Notes: generated by a model not told the origin, from the sequence alone. A stretch of 64,000 nucleotides of DNA from Takakia lepidozioides (GCA_030704615.1 CM060733.1:4588001-4652000); one strand, 5' to 3'. Shown: positions 24,784 to 38,000, counted from the first letter of the stretch. Made by a program: numbers and translations.

Positions 24784-27700
24784 TGTGCGCCATGTCAGTT
24801 TTGTGTGGGCGCTTGTTTTCATAGGAGGTTGGTCCGGATTTGATCACCGGCCAATCCTAGAGCATGCTGTCGGTGGTGAGGTGGGGTGATGACCAGTCAG
24901 ACCATCATTGTTTCTCTTATGGTGAGGCTGGATTGATGACCAGCAGACCATATGAGTGCTTGCAGTGGATGCAGGTGCAGGTTTATGTTACGAACCTAGT
25001 AGTCTAAGCCATAAGTTGCAACATGTTCTCTACCCGGTTACCTTGTGGAAAGGGGGATTAGAGACAGGTTTACAACAGGTGTGGTTGTGAGTTTTCATCA
25101 CGGAGGTGCCACCAGCTACTGAGGGGAGTGTCGGTACAAGCACCAGCAATAGTAGTGGGTACACAAGACGAGGTGTGCGGTTTATCCCACTTTCACCTTC
25201 AGTGTCTTCTGAGGAAGATTCAGACTCGGAGTTAGGAGGATTCTCGCCGAGGGTGCAAGTCATTTCCGTGCCATTGTTGTGGGACACGATGGAGGAGATG
25301 TATGGAGCTACCAAGGGGCCACGTAGGTACTCTGGAGCTGTGGGCACCATCGAGCTTGATGATTTTATACAAGAGTTTGACAGTTGGTGTGATTTGCAGC
25401 AAATGCGCAATCCACAACTGTTTACGCCCTTTATGGCATGGAAGGGGCTATTCCAGCACCTTGAGGGGCCGCCCATGGATGATTACCATGAATTTAGGTG
25501 GGGACATGCGGTGGAGATTGAGGATTGGCGAGAGTATTGGTCACCTAACTATGTCTCAATCACTAGAGGCACAAGGGCAGCGGTGACACCAGCAGCTACA
25601 CAAACATCTCCAACTGCAAGCACTAGTAGTGGAACAAGTAGTGCCGGTACTTCTGCAGGTGGTACCAGTTCAAAAGGTGCTACTACTCCTCCTGCCATGA
25701 CTACAACACATGTGCCTAGATTCAACCCGGTGGTGGAGTTCTTCCAGGAGTTGCGGAGGAACTACCAAGGTGTACGGACAGAGAAGCTGCGAAGTTTGCA
25801 AGACTTCCAGCGCAAATCCAGTGAGAGCTTGCGAGAGACCTACACTCGTATGAGGCGCTTGATAAGTGTGACCCAAGGGGTTACTGAAGCTCAGGCTTTC
25901 CAGTTCTAGTATGGAATTTTGGACAAGGAGCTCAGGAGAAGGGTGCGGGATGCAACCCTGTTACAAACGGCCCAACCCACATTAGCGGATGTGTTTCTGC
26001 TGGCTGAGCGGATTGAGCTCAACATGGTGGAGGAGCGAGTTGTTACCATTGGATTTGGCAAAGACATGCCTGCACGAGGGGCAGCTGCCAGCCAACAGGT
26101 ACAAGGGACTGCCCAACAACGTGGTCAGGGGGCAAGGTTGCCCAACCCAAATTCCATGGAGCTTACAGGGGACCTCAGGTGCAGAGGCCAGTAGCTTCTT
26201 TTGCAGGCCAACAACAACCAGGGGTTGGACATGTGGAGGACCCCATGTCAAGAAAGATTGCCCAGAAAGTGGCAAAGGGCCGGCACAAGTACAGCCTGCA
26301 CAGTTGCAGTGTGGGCATTGTGGCAAGTATGGGCATGGAGATGCCCAGTGTTATGACTTGCACCCTGAGTTGCGGCGAGGCCAGTTCCAAGGGAACAATG
26401 GTGGCCGAGGGTGAGGTGGAGCACCTCAGAGAGGACGAGGTGCCCAGGCACAAGGTGCAGGACAAGGGCAAGCACAGTATGGCCAAGGACGTGGAGGTCA
26501 GGGCGTTGACCAAGGTATGGCCAACCGGCTTCAGCAGCTAGAGCAAAGGCTCGCTGCCATGGCCACAGCTCAGGTGGTACCAGCTCCAAGACCTGAGGGT
26601 CCACCTCCTGTTCCTCCTTAGCAGCGTCATCCTGACGGAGGAGACATGGGAGGCATGGGATTTATGTGTGGGGCAGCACTACCACTAGTGCAGGTGGAGT
26701 CTGCTGCAGCCGTCACTCGAAGAGCAGCACGAGTTCCTGAGCCACGAGGTGCAGAGGTGGAGTTGGATTCACAACGTGGGGAGGCAAGCCGTCAGGCTAG
26801 GTTGCCTCAATCATTCATCTTGGCGGAGACAGTGTCGACGACATCCATGGCACCTAATTCTCGCCCCACGGATACCGAGGCGGAGGTTATTGTGCCATTG
26901 GGAAGAACTACACGTGCAGCACTGACACCTGCTGCCAAGGCTAGTGCAGCCAGTGTGTTGTTGGGGGGCGGCCACCTCTGTGTGTCAGGCCCCACTGTTC
27001 TTGGCAACCATGATTGCGACGCCGGGGGTAAGATCAGCTGCAGTGTTCAGACTAGCAGCAACACTCTGTGAGAGTGGGGAGGTCACTTCATCTTCTACGG
27101 AGTTAGTGGAAGGTGTAGTGGCAGAGGGGTCCTCGGATTTGAGGGTCAAGACTGCCACGGCTGCGCCATGGCAAGCTGCAGCTGCCAGGTTGACGGAGCT
27201 GCCAGCTAGGCCAGCCTTTGAGCGTGCCATGGTGACACTTGAAGTTGTCTTGTTAGACAACCAGGATGGCATTTTCTCTTTGAATGGACCGGCAGGCAAG
27301 AGGTACCGGCCACTGCGGGTCTTGTTGGACTCGGGAACTCAGCCACTGATGTTGGGCAAAGCCGCTATTGCAAGTTTGGGCCTCATGGAGGCGGATATGG
27401 AGCCTTGTCCCTTCCAGATACAGACATCTCTGGGAGGATCAGAGCAGGCTTGGGGCATGACACGGCGTGAGTTGGCCATTAGACTACGGCCGGATCATCC
27501 TATAGATGGCTCAATGATACGAGCCAAGGCCATTGTGACAGACGCGGTCTCTTACGATGTCCTCGTTGGTGGGGCAGTGTTGTATCTCATGGGCTTCACC
27601 CTGGATTTTTGGGAGGAGTCAGCATCCTATAGGCCTGGATGGCAGTCAGGGGATGGTCGTCGTGTACAGCTCCCTGTGACGTTCATTGGGGATATTACTG

Positions 27701-28047
27701 CTACCCAACGGGGCAAGATGCCAACACTAGCAGCCTTCACAGCTGCAGTTAGTTGGCCTGGAGAATTGCTGGAGGGCAATGCCCATGCAGAGGATGTGCC
27801 ACCTCCAGCAGAGCAGGATGATATGCATGGTACGGCGGAGTTGCCTGCCATGGTTGATCACACTCCATTGTGGGGTACGAGCAAGGATTTGCAGCAGGCT
27901 GCTGATAGACGGGTGCAACAAGCCTGGGTAGAGGCCTTTGTACCGTCAGGAGAGGAGGAGAGTGCGGTGATTGCACCAAGACCACCTCAGTTGTCGCCAT
28001 TGGACACCACACCTCTTGTGTGGCAGTGCCCGGATGAAAGCATATGC

Positions 28048-28960
28048 TTTCTGGACTTGTTTGGCAGGATTAGCATTGGATTGGCTGCAGTGCTGCAGGC
28101 AGGTGTACGAGTTCGACGTTACCTATATGTGGAGAGGGATGAGACTGCACGACGCGTCTCACTGCGCCATGTTGCTCAGTTGGTGCAGCAGTACCCTGAT
28201 TTGTTGCCAGTGTCTGCAGTTCGTAGATACCAACAAACCTTGCCAGCAGACATATCTTTGCTGGGGGCACATGATTTGGAGCGGGTCCCTATTCACTTAG
28301 TAGTGGCAGGTTGGCCCTGCCAAGGGCTTTCATCAGCTGGGTATGGCAATGGGTTACAAGACTCAAGGTCATGCCTATTTTGGGAGATGTTGAGGGTCCT
28401 GCACTATTTACAGCTTCAGCAGACAGACGCTCCGGCATATATCTTGGAGAATGTGCCATTGATGGGTGATTCTCGGGCCAAGGTGATGGCCAATGTACAT
28501 CAAGTGCGGTCTTGGCTTGGGTCAGCAGTGTTGCTGGATGCAGCTGCAGTGGGGTCACGGGCTCATCGCCCACGACTATGGTGGACCAACTTGATACCAC
28601 CTGCATTGCTCAAGCGTGCATTTGATGGGGTGCAGCGGCCACCAAACCTGACGGTGGATAGCATTTTGGACATAGGGAGGCAGTCTCAGCGTGTGAGACA
28701 CGATGACCGATCACCTTTGGCAGTGGTCAATAAGGTGGGTCACCCACGAGCAGCATTGCCTACACTGCTCAGCTTTCCAGGATCTCATGCTTTCCGGGAT
28801 GGTGGACCTGGCCTCTTGTGGGATAGCCAGTTGCAGCAGTTAGTGGAGCCCAATGCTAACGAGCGTGAGCGGGCAATGGGTTTCACCACTGGTACCACGG
28901 CGGTGCCATCTCTTTCTGAGGCATCACGTCGTCAGGTGTTGGGGCAAGCAATGGATCTCA
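28048..28960 (+). CDS. DNMT3-like C5-cytosine methyltransferase domain embedded in retrotransposon pol
   Basis: Motifs in canonical, non-permuted order: I FLDLFGRISIG, II YLYVERD, IV VVAGWPCQ, VI ILENV, VIII AHRPRLWWTN, IX ERERAMGF, X RRQVLGQAM. In frame with the protease. Confidence 0.92.
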
Positions 28961-31900
28961 ATTGCTTGACCTGAATTATCAGCTTGGTTATGGCTGAGCA
29001 GCGCAGAGTACGGAGTACACTTCCCTTGATGGTCTCCCTGCCTACCGAGACGGTACAGGCAGCGAGTGGGGGCAAACAGGTGAGGACCACGAGGTATAGG
29101 CCACATCCATGGCACACGTGGGAGGTGCTCGAGGTTCAAAAGGAGTTGGCAACCAAGGCGGCCGTGATAGATGAGGTTGGGGATTTTTCTCGGGTTGAGG
29201 AGGTCCTCAAGGATGGAATGATGGGGCAGGATGAGACATTGTCACTGACAGTGGAGGAAGTGGTCACTGCTCAAGAGGTTGCAGCATAGCAACCACGGGA
29301 CGCGTCTTCTACCTCTAAGCCTGTTGAACTCAAGGTTGCAGTCACGGAGGACAACTGGGAGCCTGATGTTGGACCTATAGTCACCGGAGGAGAAAGACGA
29401 TGTATACGACAGTTCTTGAGGGCTTACAGGAACTGCTTTGCCTTCAGTTTGAAGGACTTAAGAGCACTGAAGGGTCAAGAGATTCGCATTGAATTGGCTA
29501 CTGACACGCCGATCTTTCGGAGACCCTATAGATACAGTGACATGGAGAGGTTATTCAGATGAGAACTCAGGACCTTTGGGAGGTTGGTTTGGTGGAGCTA
29601 TCTGGGGGAGAGTATGCTTCAGCCATAGTGATACCAGCCAAGAAGGATGTCTATGGCAATTGGACGGAGAGACGTATGTGCGGTGATTACCGGCCTGTAA
29701 ATCGTCAGACCAAGTCCGATAGGTATGTCATGCCGACACTAGAGGAGATCTTTGATGCCATTGGGCATGCCAAGGTCTTTAGCACTTTGGATTTACGATC
29801 CGGATATCACCAGTTGCCGATCAAGGAGGCGGATAAGCAGAAGACGACATTCTGGGGGATCAATGAGCACGGGAAGGATTGCCTATACCAGTGGCGGTTC
29901 TTACCATTTGGGCTTAAGAACGCTCCGGCAGAGTTTTCAGAGAGTCATGGACAGGATTCTAGCAGGGGTGGAGTTTGCTCGGTGCTACATAGATGACATC
30001 ACATCTTTAGTGCTACGGTGGAGGAGCATGAGAAACACCTTCAGGTGATATTTGAGCGTTTGAGGGCGCACAGATTGAAATTACATCCAGGGAAGTGCAA
30101 GTTTTTCCACAACCAAATTGAGTATCTGGGTCACACGATATATCCTGGAGGATTGGGGGTACAGCAGACTAAGGTAGAGTCCATTGCACAGATTCCACGC
30201 CCCACAGATGTGAGCCGAGTTTGAGCTTTCATGGGGTTAGCAAACTATTATAAACGGTTTGTTAAGGGATTTAGGGCCATTGCAAAGGCTCTAACCAAAC
30301 TGACCAAGATGGACCAGAAGTGGCAGTGGGAAGATGAGCAAGAACAAGTTTTTCAAGAGCTCAAGGCGAGGTTGACCTCGGCTCCCATCTTGAGACGACC
30401 TATCAGGGGGCGTCCTTTTCAGCTGCATACAGATTAGAGCATGCTGGGGCTTGGAGCGGTGCTCACATAGGTGGATGATGAGGGAAGAGAGTTCGTAGTG
30501 GCTTATGTTAGCCGCTCGAACAATGCTGCAGAGTCTAAGTATAGCTCATATGAGGGAGAATGCTTAGCTGCAGTGTGGGCCGTGGCACACTTCAGGTGCT
30601 ATCTATATGGCAATCTTTTCACCCTTATCACGGATCACCAACCCGGTTGATAGAGTCAGACAAGCTTACGGGGAAGCTTGCATGGTGGGCACTCATCCTT
30701 CAAGAGTATGATTTTCAGGGTGTGCATCAACCGGGTTTGGTCAATCGGGATGTAGATGGGTTGAGTCGCAATCCATGCACGAGCCAGCAGGATGATACTG
30801 GAGCTCGGTGGCATGGTGAGACGGACGAGGAGATGGTGCCCGGATGGCATGCATCTGCATTTCTGTGTATCTTGGCAGCAGAAGGCCAGGTTGGACCTAC
30901 AACAGGGATAACTGTAGACCGAGTGTCTGAGGACCCTGAGGCCAGCAATGAGCAAGGTGGCGCCAAAGATATACATGAGGATTCAGCTGTGTTGGACTAC
31001 CTCCGCACTGGAGACACAGCAGCCACTGTGACTGCCAAGGAGAGGGATCGAATCCTACAATGAGCCAAGAGGTTCAAGTGGGAGGGGACACACCTGCTCC
31101 AAGTGTGGGAGGATGGTCGAGTGAGGATTGTGCCTCACCCAACACAGCGGGCACGGTTACTACGGCATGCCCATGAGGAGTTGGGGCATTTTGGGATGCG
31201 ACGCACTCATAGTCTACTGCAGGGGCAGTATTGGTGGCGTGGTATGCACACAGAGATGCAACAATTTGTGGCTAGGTGCATGGTGTGTGACACGGTGCGT
31301 GCTTCATTCAACGCCCCTACTCCACAATTGCACCCTCTTCCGATCATGGGATTGGGCTACAGGTGGAGTCTTGACTTCGCAGGGCCGTCGCCACTGACCA
31401 TGCGCCACAACAAGTACGTGTTGGTGATGGTGGAGCACTTCTCCAAGTGGATCGAGTTGGTTCCATGCCTGATAAGGCTAGTGAGGGAGCTGCGTATGCA
31501 TTCTTGGATTGTGTACTTAGCCGATTCGGTGCTCCAGCTGAGGTACTCACGGACCAAGGGAGAGAGTTCTTGGGGGAGTTTCAGGCGTTGTGTGACAAGG
31601 CCTTGGTAGACCACCGCACCACTTCTCGGGATCATCCTGAGGCCGATGGCTTGGCAGAGAGGGTTGTTCAGACAGTGAAGAGGGGTTTGCACAAATATGG
31701 CTTGCAGAAGGGACACCTAGGAGATTGGGACCTTCAGTTACCTTGGTTAGCCATGGGCTACAGGTTCAGCAAGCAAGCATCACTTGCCTCCTTCTCACCA
31801 TACTTTCTTCTCTTTGGCCGAGAGCCGGATTTGCCTGCATCCATTCGTAGAGAAGCTGCTACAGTTCTCAACCTTGACAATCCGGACATGTGGGCACGTG

Positions 31901-32268
31901 CATGTGATCAGCGTGCAGAGTTGTTCAAGAAAGTCATGCCCATGGCTTTCGAGAACCTTGCCATAGCACAACATTGTGATACGTTGAGGTATGCTACCAT
32001 ACGTGGTGGGCGCTATCGTCCTGGGGTTCGGAGATTTAACCCTGGTGACCATGTTTATCTGCAGCAGACTGCTCCTACGACCTTGGATATGACTGCAGGA
32101 CGTACTATTTTGAGGGTTCGAGAGGTGTTGCCCTCAGGAGTCCTGATCTTGGAGGGTCAGGATGGCATGATTTGGAAGGACCATGTGCGTAATTGCGCGC
32201 CATGTCACCTTCCAAATGTTGATGGAAGGGTTGACCCAAACCTGACAGTGGTACCTGCAAGTTTGAGG

Positions 32269-32403
32269 TGCATGTTGTGTGGGTCTGCTAGAGGGGCAGC
32301 CACCATGCTGGTGTGTGATCAATGCTCTAGAGGTTGGCATATGGGATGCTTGATTCCACCTCTTGAGATGGTTCCTGATGGGGATTGGTTATGTCCGCAT
32401 TGC
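32269..32403 (+). CDS. PHD finger at integrase C-terminus
   Basis: CMLC..MLVCDQCSRGWHMGCLIPPL..VPDGDWLCPHC, a C4HC3 pattern. Confidence 0.93.
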
Positions 32404-32927
32404 ATTGGATAGTGGGAGTGGATACAACCATGGAAGGCTAACAATAAATGCAAGGCCAAGCTACGGGGGCTGCTATTTCATGAGCCATGAGCCATGAGCG
32501 GCATGAGCCATGAGCAGAGTCGTAAGTGTGGAAAAAAACATGAGCAGCACTATTTTCCGGAAATGAGTGTCCGCGGGAATAGGGTTTAGGGTGCCACGGT
32601 CATAGGGGGAGAAGGACCTCCCGATGAAGGAGGTTCGGCAATGTTATTTAGAATTATATATTGAAAGGCAATGTTTCGCGAATGGTAGGGTGGTACTGCT
32701 CTGTACAATGGGGGCCCATTTCAGCCTACCAGCCATTTGCAAAATTCACCCACACTCCCAATCCCAAACGAAATGAGCAATGACGCATTCTCGGAACGAT
32801 GGACACAGAATAGAATAAAAAGAGGGCACAATGAGGTTTTTATTGATCCACATGAATTGCATTTGAAGCACGTCTACTGTGCTGATTGTGCCCTCAAATC
32901 TTGAGCCCTGTGCCTACTGAATACAAG

Positions 32928-34025
32928 TCACGTTGTCAATGGGACTTCGACTGCTCTCAGAACTAGCTCATGAGTCATGGGGCTCCTCCATGTAAAGTCG
33001 ATTGCAGCCGTTGTACCGCCCCTAGTGATGTTCACCACAATGTCCTGCCCTTCAATCATACCACCATCGAATATGGAAATCTTCACGTTTTCGTCGTCCA
33101 CACCAATGCGAATGTCCCCATACAATGGAGAAGAGGAGCGCACTCCTCGAGGAGAATAGGTCTCTCCGATGGAGTCCACCCACGTCCAGTGGCAGCAGTT
33201 CCACCGCAACAGCATAGCAGTGCGCCTTCTTCTGCATGGGTGACCGTCGTAGCTGGGAAAATCGGAATCGAGGATGCGCAGGAGCCACGGACTCCTCAGA
33301 CCAAGATCGTCACCCCGCTCGAAGGCGTAGTGGCCTACGATATACTCAAAAGCCACCAATGTTTCCACAATCGAACCAGTATCTTCTGTGTAATCTGTGT
33401 ACCAGATAACAATGTCTCCCGATGTGGCCGAATACATTGCATAATCGATGCCTCCAAAGGGGCAGTCGTCCCGGTTCCGGAAGCACGGCATCCTTGCAAA
33501 GGAGGACCTGAGGACGACTTGGATGCCGATGACCTTGCGGACAGCTACGAAGCCCTTAGATTTTGGAAATGATACGAAGCGGAAGAGCAGTCCGGCCTCC
33601 AAAATGGAGCATCTGGGTCACACGTACCCACCGACGGAGGTGGAACGTGTTCATCACGCCAGCGGTGGATGAAGCCATACATCTTTCTCATCAACAAGTT
33701 ATAGTTTGAGATCTGCCACCGAAGTCCATCCCCCCGGATGGAAATTCGGCGCCGCATTTACATCGAAGAGGGGATGGACTTCGTCGTGTCCAGTGGCTAT
33801 CGGCCCACCTGGCAGTGACTGCCCATAGTTTGCATGGCAGGGTAGGAAACTCAAACGGCTACATTCATGCAGCAGCCAATCTTCATCGGTCCAGGATCCT
33901 GTACGGGGGAAATTTAAATGTGCCCTGGAGTGTGCCCTGGAATGTACCTCACTTCTGTATGACTGTGTTTCATTGTGTTGAATAACTCTCGGATTTGGCC
34001 CACTGTTTACAATTTGATGTCTCAT
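32928..34025 (-). CDS. Hypothetical protein (frameshifted; longest piece 32928-33602)
   Basis: 224-aa ORF of globular-looking composition with overlapping upstream ORFs (33545-33757, 33699-34025). AATAAA on the minus strand ~85 bp past the stop. No family recognised. Confidence 0.4.
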
Positions 34026-34917
34026 TTCTACAATTTGTCTGTCTGGTTGAATAAAGCAGAGTAACCGGTATGTGAGTCATGTGTCAAGAATATACCAGAG
34101 TAACGCCATGTCGGACATTGAAATGCGGCACCGCATTTCCATGTCGGCATGGAAATGCGGCGCCGCATTTCCATGTCCGCATCGAAATGCGGCACCGCAT
34201 TTCCATGTCGGACATCGAAATTCGGCACCGCATTTCCATGTGGGACAAGAAAATGCGGTGGATCATTTCCGTCCAGGTACACGAAATACCAACTCGGGTC
34301 TATAAATTGATCAGAAAACGAGGTTGGCATTGCAAATGCGGCGACGCATTTCCAGATTGGCAATGGAAACTTCTTTTTGGACAAGGGAATGCGGTGCCGC
34401 ATTTCCGTCCAACACTTCGAAAAGTGCACCTATTTCCGACCAGCGCGATGGAATGCGTTACCGCATTTCCGAGAGAGGGTCTGCAAATTGACAAATTGCG
34501 ATGTCCGTTCTGGAAATGCGGCGCCGCATTTCCATGTCCGTCATCGATTTTTTTTTTACAATGGAATGCGGTGCCAGTTTTTGCTGATGGGTCTGCAGTT
34601 CGAACAACCACCATCCCCAATATGGAAATGCGGCACCGCATTTCCAATCCCGCCATGTCGGCCTCCTTGTTCGACCTCCTTGTTCGACCTCTGTAAGCGT
34701 GGTGGCATCCATGCAATGAGCGGGAGAGGCCAAAACTGGCGTGTGGACAAAGGAAATTTTGGAAATGCGGCACCGCATTCCCAATTCAGATTACTTTTTA
34801 CTATGCCAACATTGAAATGGATAAATTAGTCCCTCCCCTGTTTTGGAAATGCGGTGCCGCATTTCCAAAAGAGGTTCTTAGAGTTGCCAAAATTTTGGAA
34901 ATGCCCTGACCCATTTC
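33741..34917. repeat. Downstream array of 20-bp palindromes GAAATGCGG(CG/CA/TG)CCGCATTTC, 15 copies including degenerate ones
   Basis: Copy starts at 33741, 34120, 34152, 34184, 34217, 34250, 34333, 34386, 34450, 34513, 34563, 34625, 34762, 34846 and 34898. Confidence 0.92.
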
Positions 34918-35054
34918 TGATTTTGGGAGCGTCCTGGTTTGGGCGATTGTGTGGCTGGAATGCACACTGGAGAGGGGTCACGAATGTCGGGCAGAATTTT
35001 CTTTATATACTCTGGAAGAGAATTTACATTTACAGAGACTTCATTAAAATTCTA

Positions 35055-38000
35055 TTAATCTTGAAAATCATCGGAATCCTCATCCTGTTCTAGACTGTCC
35101 TGCTCCTCCTCCACCCCCTCAGTGCCTCTCTCATCTCCAGCGGACTGCTCGTTGGCCAGGCTTTCGAAAATCCCATCTTCCCCTTGCGGAACTGTCCATC
35201 TCACCTCCGTTGGGTCGTCCTCCTCCCTGTCTGCGTCGCTCTCATCCGCTGAATCACATATGTACTTTCGTACTCGTCTACCTGTCTGAGCTGCTGCCAA
35301 CTCTTTCCTTATCCTTCTGTCCTCCCTAGCCCTCTCCAAAATCTGCTCTACTTTACTGGGATTCTCACTTCTTCTAATCGCTGTATTTGCGAGTTTAGCT
35401 GCATAACTAGGAAGGGAGTAGTCCCTCACCGGGCTCGTCATGAAGTCGGCCCTCGCAAAGAACGGGACATTCTTCCTGGCAGGAAGTGTAGGCCCTACAT
35501 GTTTCGACCCGGACCCTGCAATCCTGCACATGACAATCATCAACGAGACTAATGAGAACCACAGTCGGGAAATTCCTTTGACATAAATGACCCAGAAGGC
35601 TTTGCAAACTTACAATGTTTGCACTCACTCGTATTCCGGGTTCTCCTCTGCATCAATGTCCACTGTGTCTTCCTCGGACTCCGACGAATCCGAGGAGACT
35701 TCCGCTCTGTCGGGAGCCTTCACATTCCGTTGCAGCCCCTCCAGATGGGATCCCCACACGGATGAATCCTCCTCGTAGGCAAAGAGGTGCCGGTCGGAAA
35801 ACCGCCCAGCCCACATTGAGGCACCTGTTACAATGCCATCCACACATTACCACATGGCGCTTCAGATGTTGCGAACTACATTCTAACGAGAATTTGCAGA
35901 ACAGCAGAGATCAAGATTCTGCATACCTGTCCCACAGATGAGGTCCAGCACTGTGCCCTCCACGTCTGTGCATGTCTCCATAATTGTCTGAATGAAGGCA
36001 GGGCTCCGAGTCCGTGAGTACCGCAGGGGTTCCGTTGAAGTGAGGCTATGAGGGAGAAGTTCCTTGGGAACGTTGTTGAACAGAACATCGTAATCGAGTG
36101 GGTCGCAGTTCGGGTCAACCTTTCCTCCCTCCTTCCGGAAAGCAAAGGTGGAGTTTTCCTTCACAAAGCAGTATGCATCGAACTGCTTCGTCTGCATACA
36201 CAGGGGGAAAACGATTAGAAACCGAATGCGGCACCGCATTTGAAAGCACCCAAGCAAATAAATGGACGAGTGCCAGTGTCGTAATCACCTTCTTCCCTTC
36301 CGACCGAAGGCCCAGTGTGTTGATGCACGTCCACTTCTTTTTCAGAATCGGGACGGCGCTCTTGCGGGTCCACTTCGCAATTCCTGTCTGAGTGTTTTTT
36401 TCCTCTGCTCGCCAGGACAACCACACAGCCTCTGTCGTCCAACACCATGCGGGCAAGCCCGAATCCTTTCTTCCAAAAGTCCTCCGAGTACCTGTTCCAA
36501 GATGGCAAAGCTTGCAGTCCTTCCACAGGCTCTCCGTCCGGAATATCCAAGATGATCATATCGCAAGACCACTCGGTGGCATTTCCGCCCCTCCTACAAT
36601 CCTTGTCTGCACACACCCTCTCAAAGAACGAGACCATATTCTGAAATCCTGGGGTGTCGGAAGGCTCTTCGGCAGTCGCCTTCTTCAGTGCTCTGCCCTT
36701 CAGACCCTCCATGGTCTTCATGTATGCCAACTTGGCTGCCCGTCCATCCAAAGCCGCCAAGAAACTCTCATTTACACACTGGACTACAGTTTCGGGAGCC
36801 ACTTTCGGCCTCTTCATTTCCACCGGCTCGAAAGGGTGCCCCCCTGGGGGGTTGAAGAGTGCCTTCTTTGCCGAGCCAGTTCTCGTGCCTCTGGTGACAA
36901 CGGTGGGCACAGGGGAGGCAGCCTGCGTTTGGGGGGGTGGGCTGGTTGCAAAGTCTCCATCGGAGTCCTCTTCCTCACCCTCTTCCTGAACAGGCTGTTT
37001 CTGCTTCTTCGTTTTGGCGGGTGTCACAACAGCTGCTCCTTGCTGGCGAGTCCTCTTCTTCGACCCCTTCTGTTGGGCCTGCACAGCTGCATCCACCGTC
37101 TTTTGTGCCATCTCAGCTGCCTTTCTGGATTCTTCCAGAGCAGCAGATTCCTTTGCCGACTTTGGCCCAGCAGGGACACGTCTTTCCTTTCTCTTCTCTT
37201 CTGCCAAGGCGTGCAGATCTTTCTCAGACTCGTCAACAATACCGCCAGACATGTCCAGGTACCACGGGCATCCAACGAGATGCGCGGATGCCATTGTTTC
37301 TGCATCTCGGGTGTGTAGACACAGCTTGGGCCCGCCACGGTCCAAGCCATGAAGAACGGGGGCTCTTGAGCGAGGGCCCCTGTCTGAAGGAGCACGTATT
37401 TCATATACCTGCAAGGCAGTCAGCATGCGTGAGCAAAACTTGAGACCAACCTACTGGCAGAGTGCCACCGAAAACATAAAATGCGAATGCGGTGCCGCAT
37501 TTCCGAGACAAACCTCGTAACCAGGCTTCGCATACAAGGGCAGCTGTGCTTCACCTGTAAACAATTCGCATTGCAGCTTTCCCCGCTCCCTCCTGATGTG
37601 TAAACTCCACGCTCCTTCTTGCTGTCTGTAGCTCTCTGGCGAAAAGGTTGTCCTTGTACGCACATCTGAAACGTGTCACGTAGTCTTCCAATGTCTGTGT
37701 TCCATCCCATTTGACGTACAAGCCGAACGAATTTGTGTGCATTACGACTTGCTCCTTTGCATTCGACATTACCTGCCATTCCCAAATGCATTGTCACGTA
37801 GCAGTTCAGGGAATTCATGTCAGAAAAGCAAATCTGGGGAAGTACCTTGAATTACCTGGAACCACCAAGTCATACGGTTGAGCCACACATCCACTGCAGG
37901 GTCGGAAACTTCCAGTGGAAAAGACCACATTGTCCTTATGCTCTCGGATGCATTCCAGATCGACAGCCACCGTGTCTGCCATTCCGATCCAATGTCAGTG

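Larger units (their letters stand above)
24784..32412 (+). mobile_element. Ty3/Gypsy-type retrotransposon with domain order gag(2x Zn knuckle)-PR-C5 DNA methyltransferase-RT-RNaseH-INT-PHD; decayed, no 3' LTR visible
   Basis: Gag 25106-~26600 (CGHCGKYGH..C); PR VLLDSG ~27320; MTase 28048-28960; RT (RMCGDYR, LDLRSGYHQ, PFGLKNAP, YIDD) 29560-30220; RH (FQLHTD..EGECLA); INT (H..H..C..C, DQGREF, ERVVQTVK); PHD 32269-32403. The 5' end is defined by identity with the copy at 44788. Confidence 0.92.

Noticed and set aside
34028-34829. Overlapping ORFs with repeated KCGAAF / EMRRRIS / NAAPHF peptides
   Set aside because: These are translations of the DNA palindrome in all frames, not a repeat protein.
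36392-37443. Long plus-strand ORFs (308, 168 and 112 aa), and similar antisense ORFs over the PPR, CDKG and pol genes
   Set aside because: Shadows of GC-rich coding sequence on the opposite strand.
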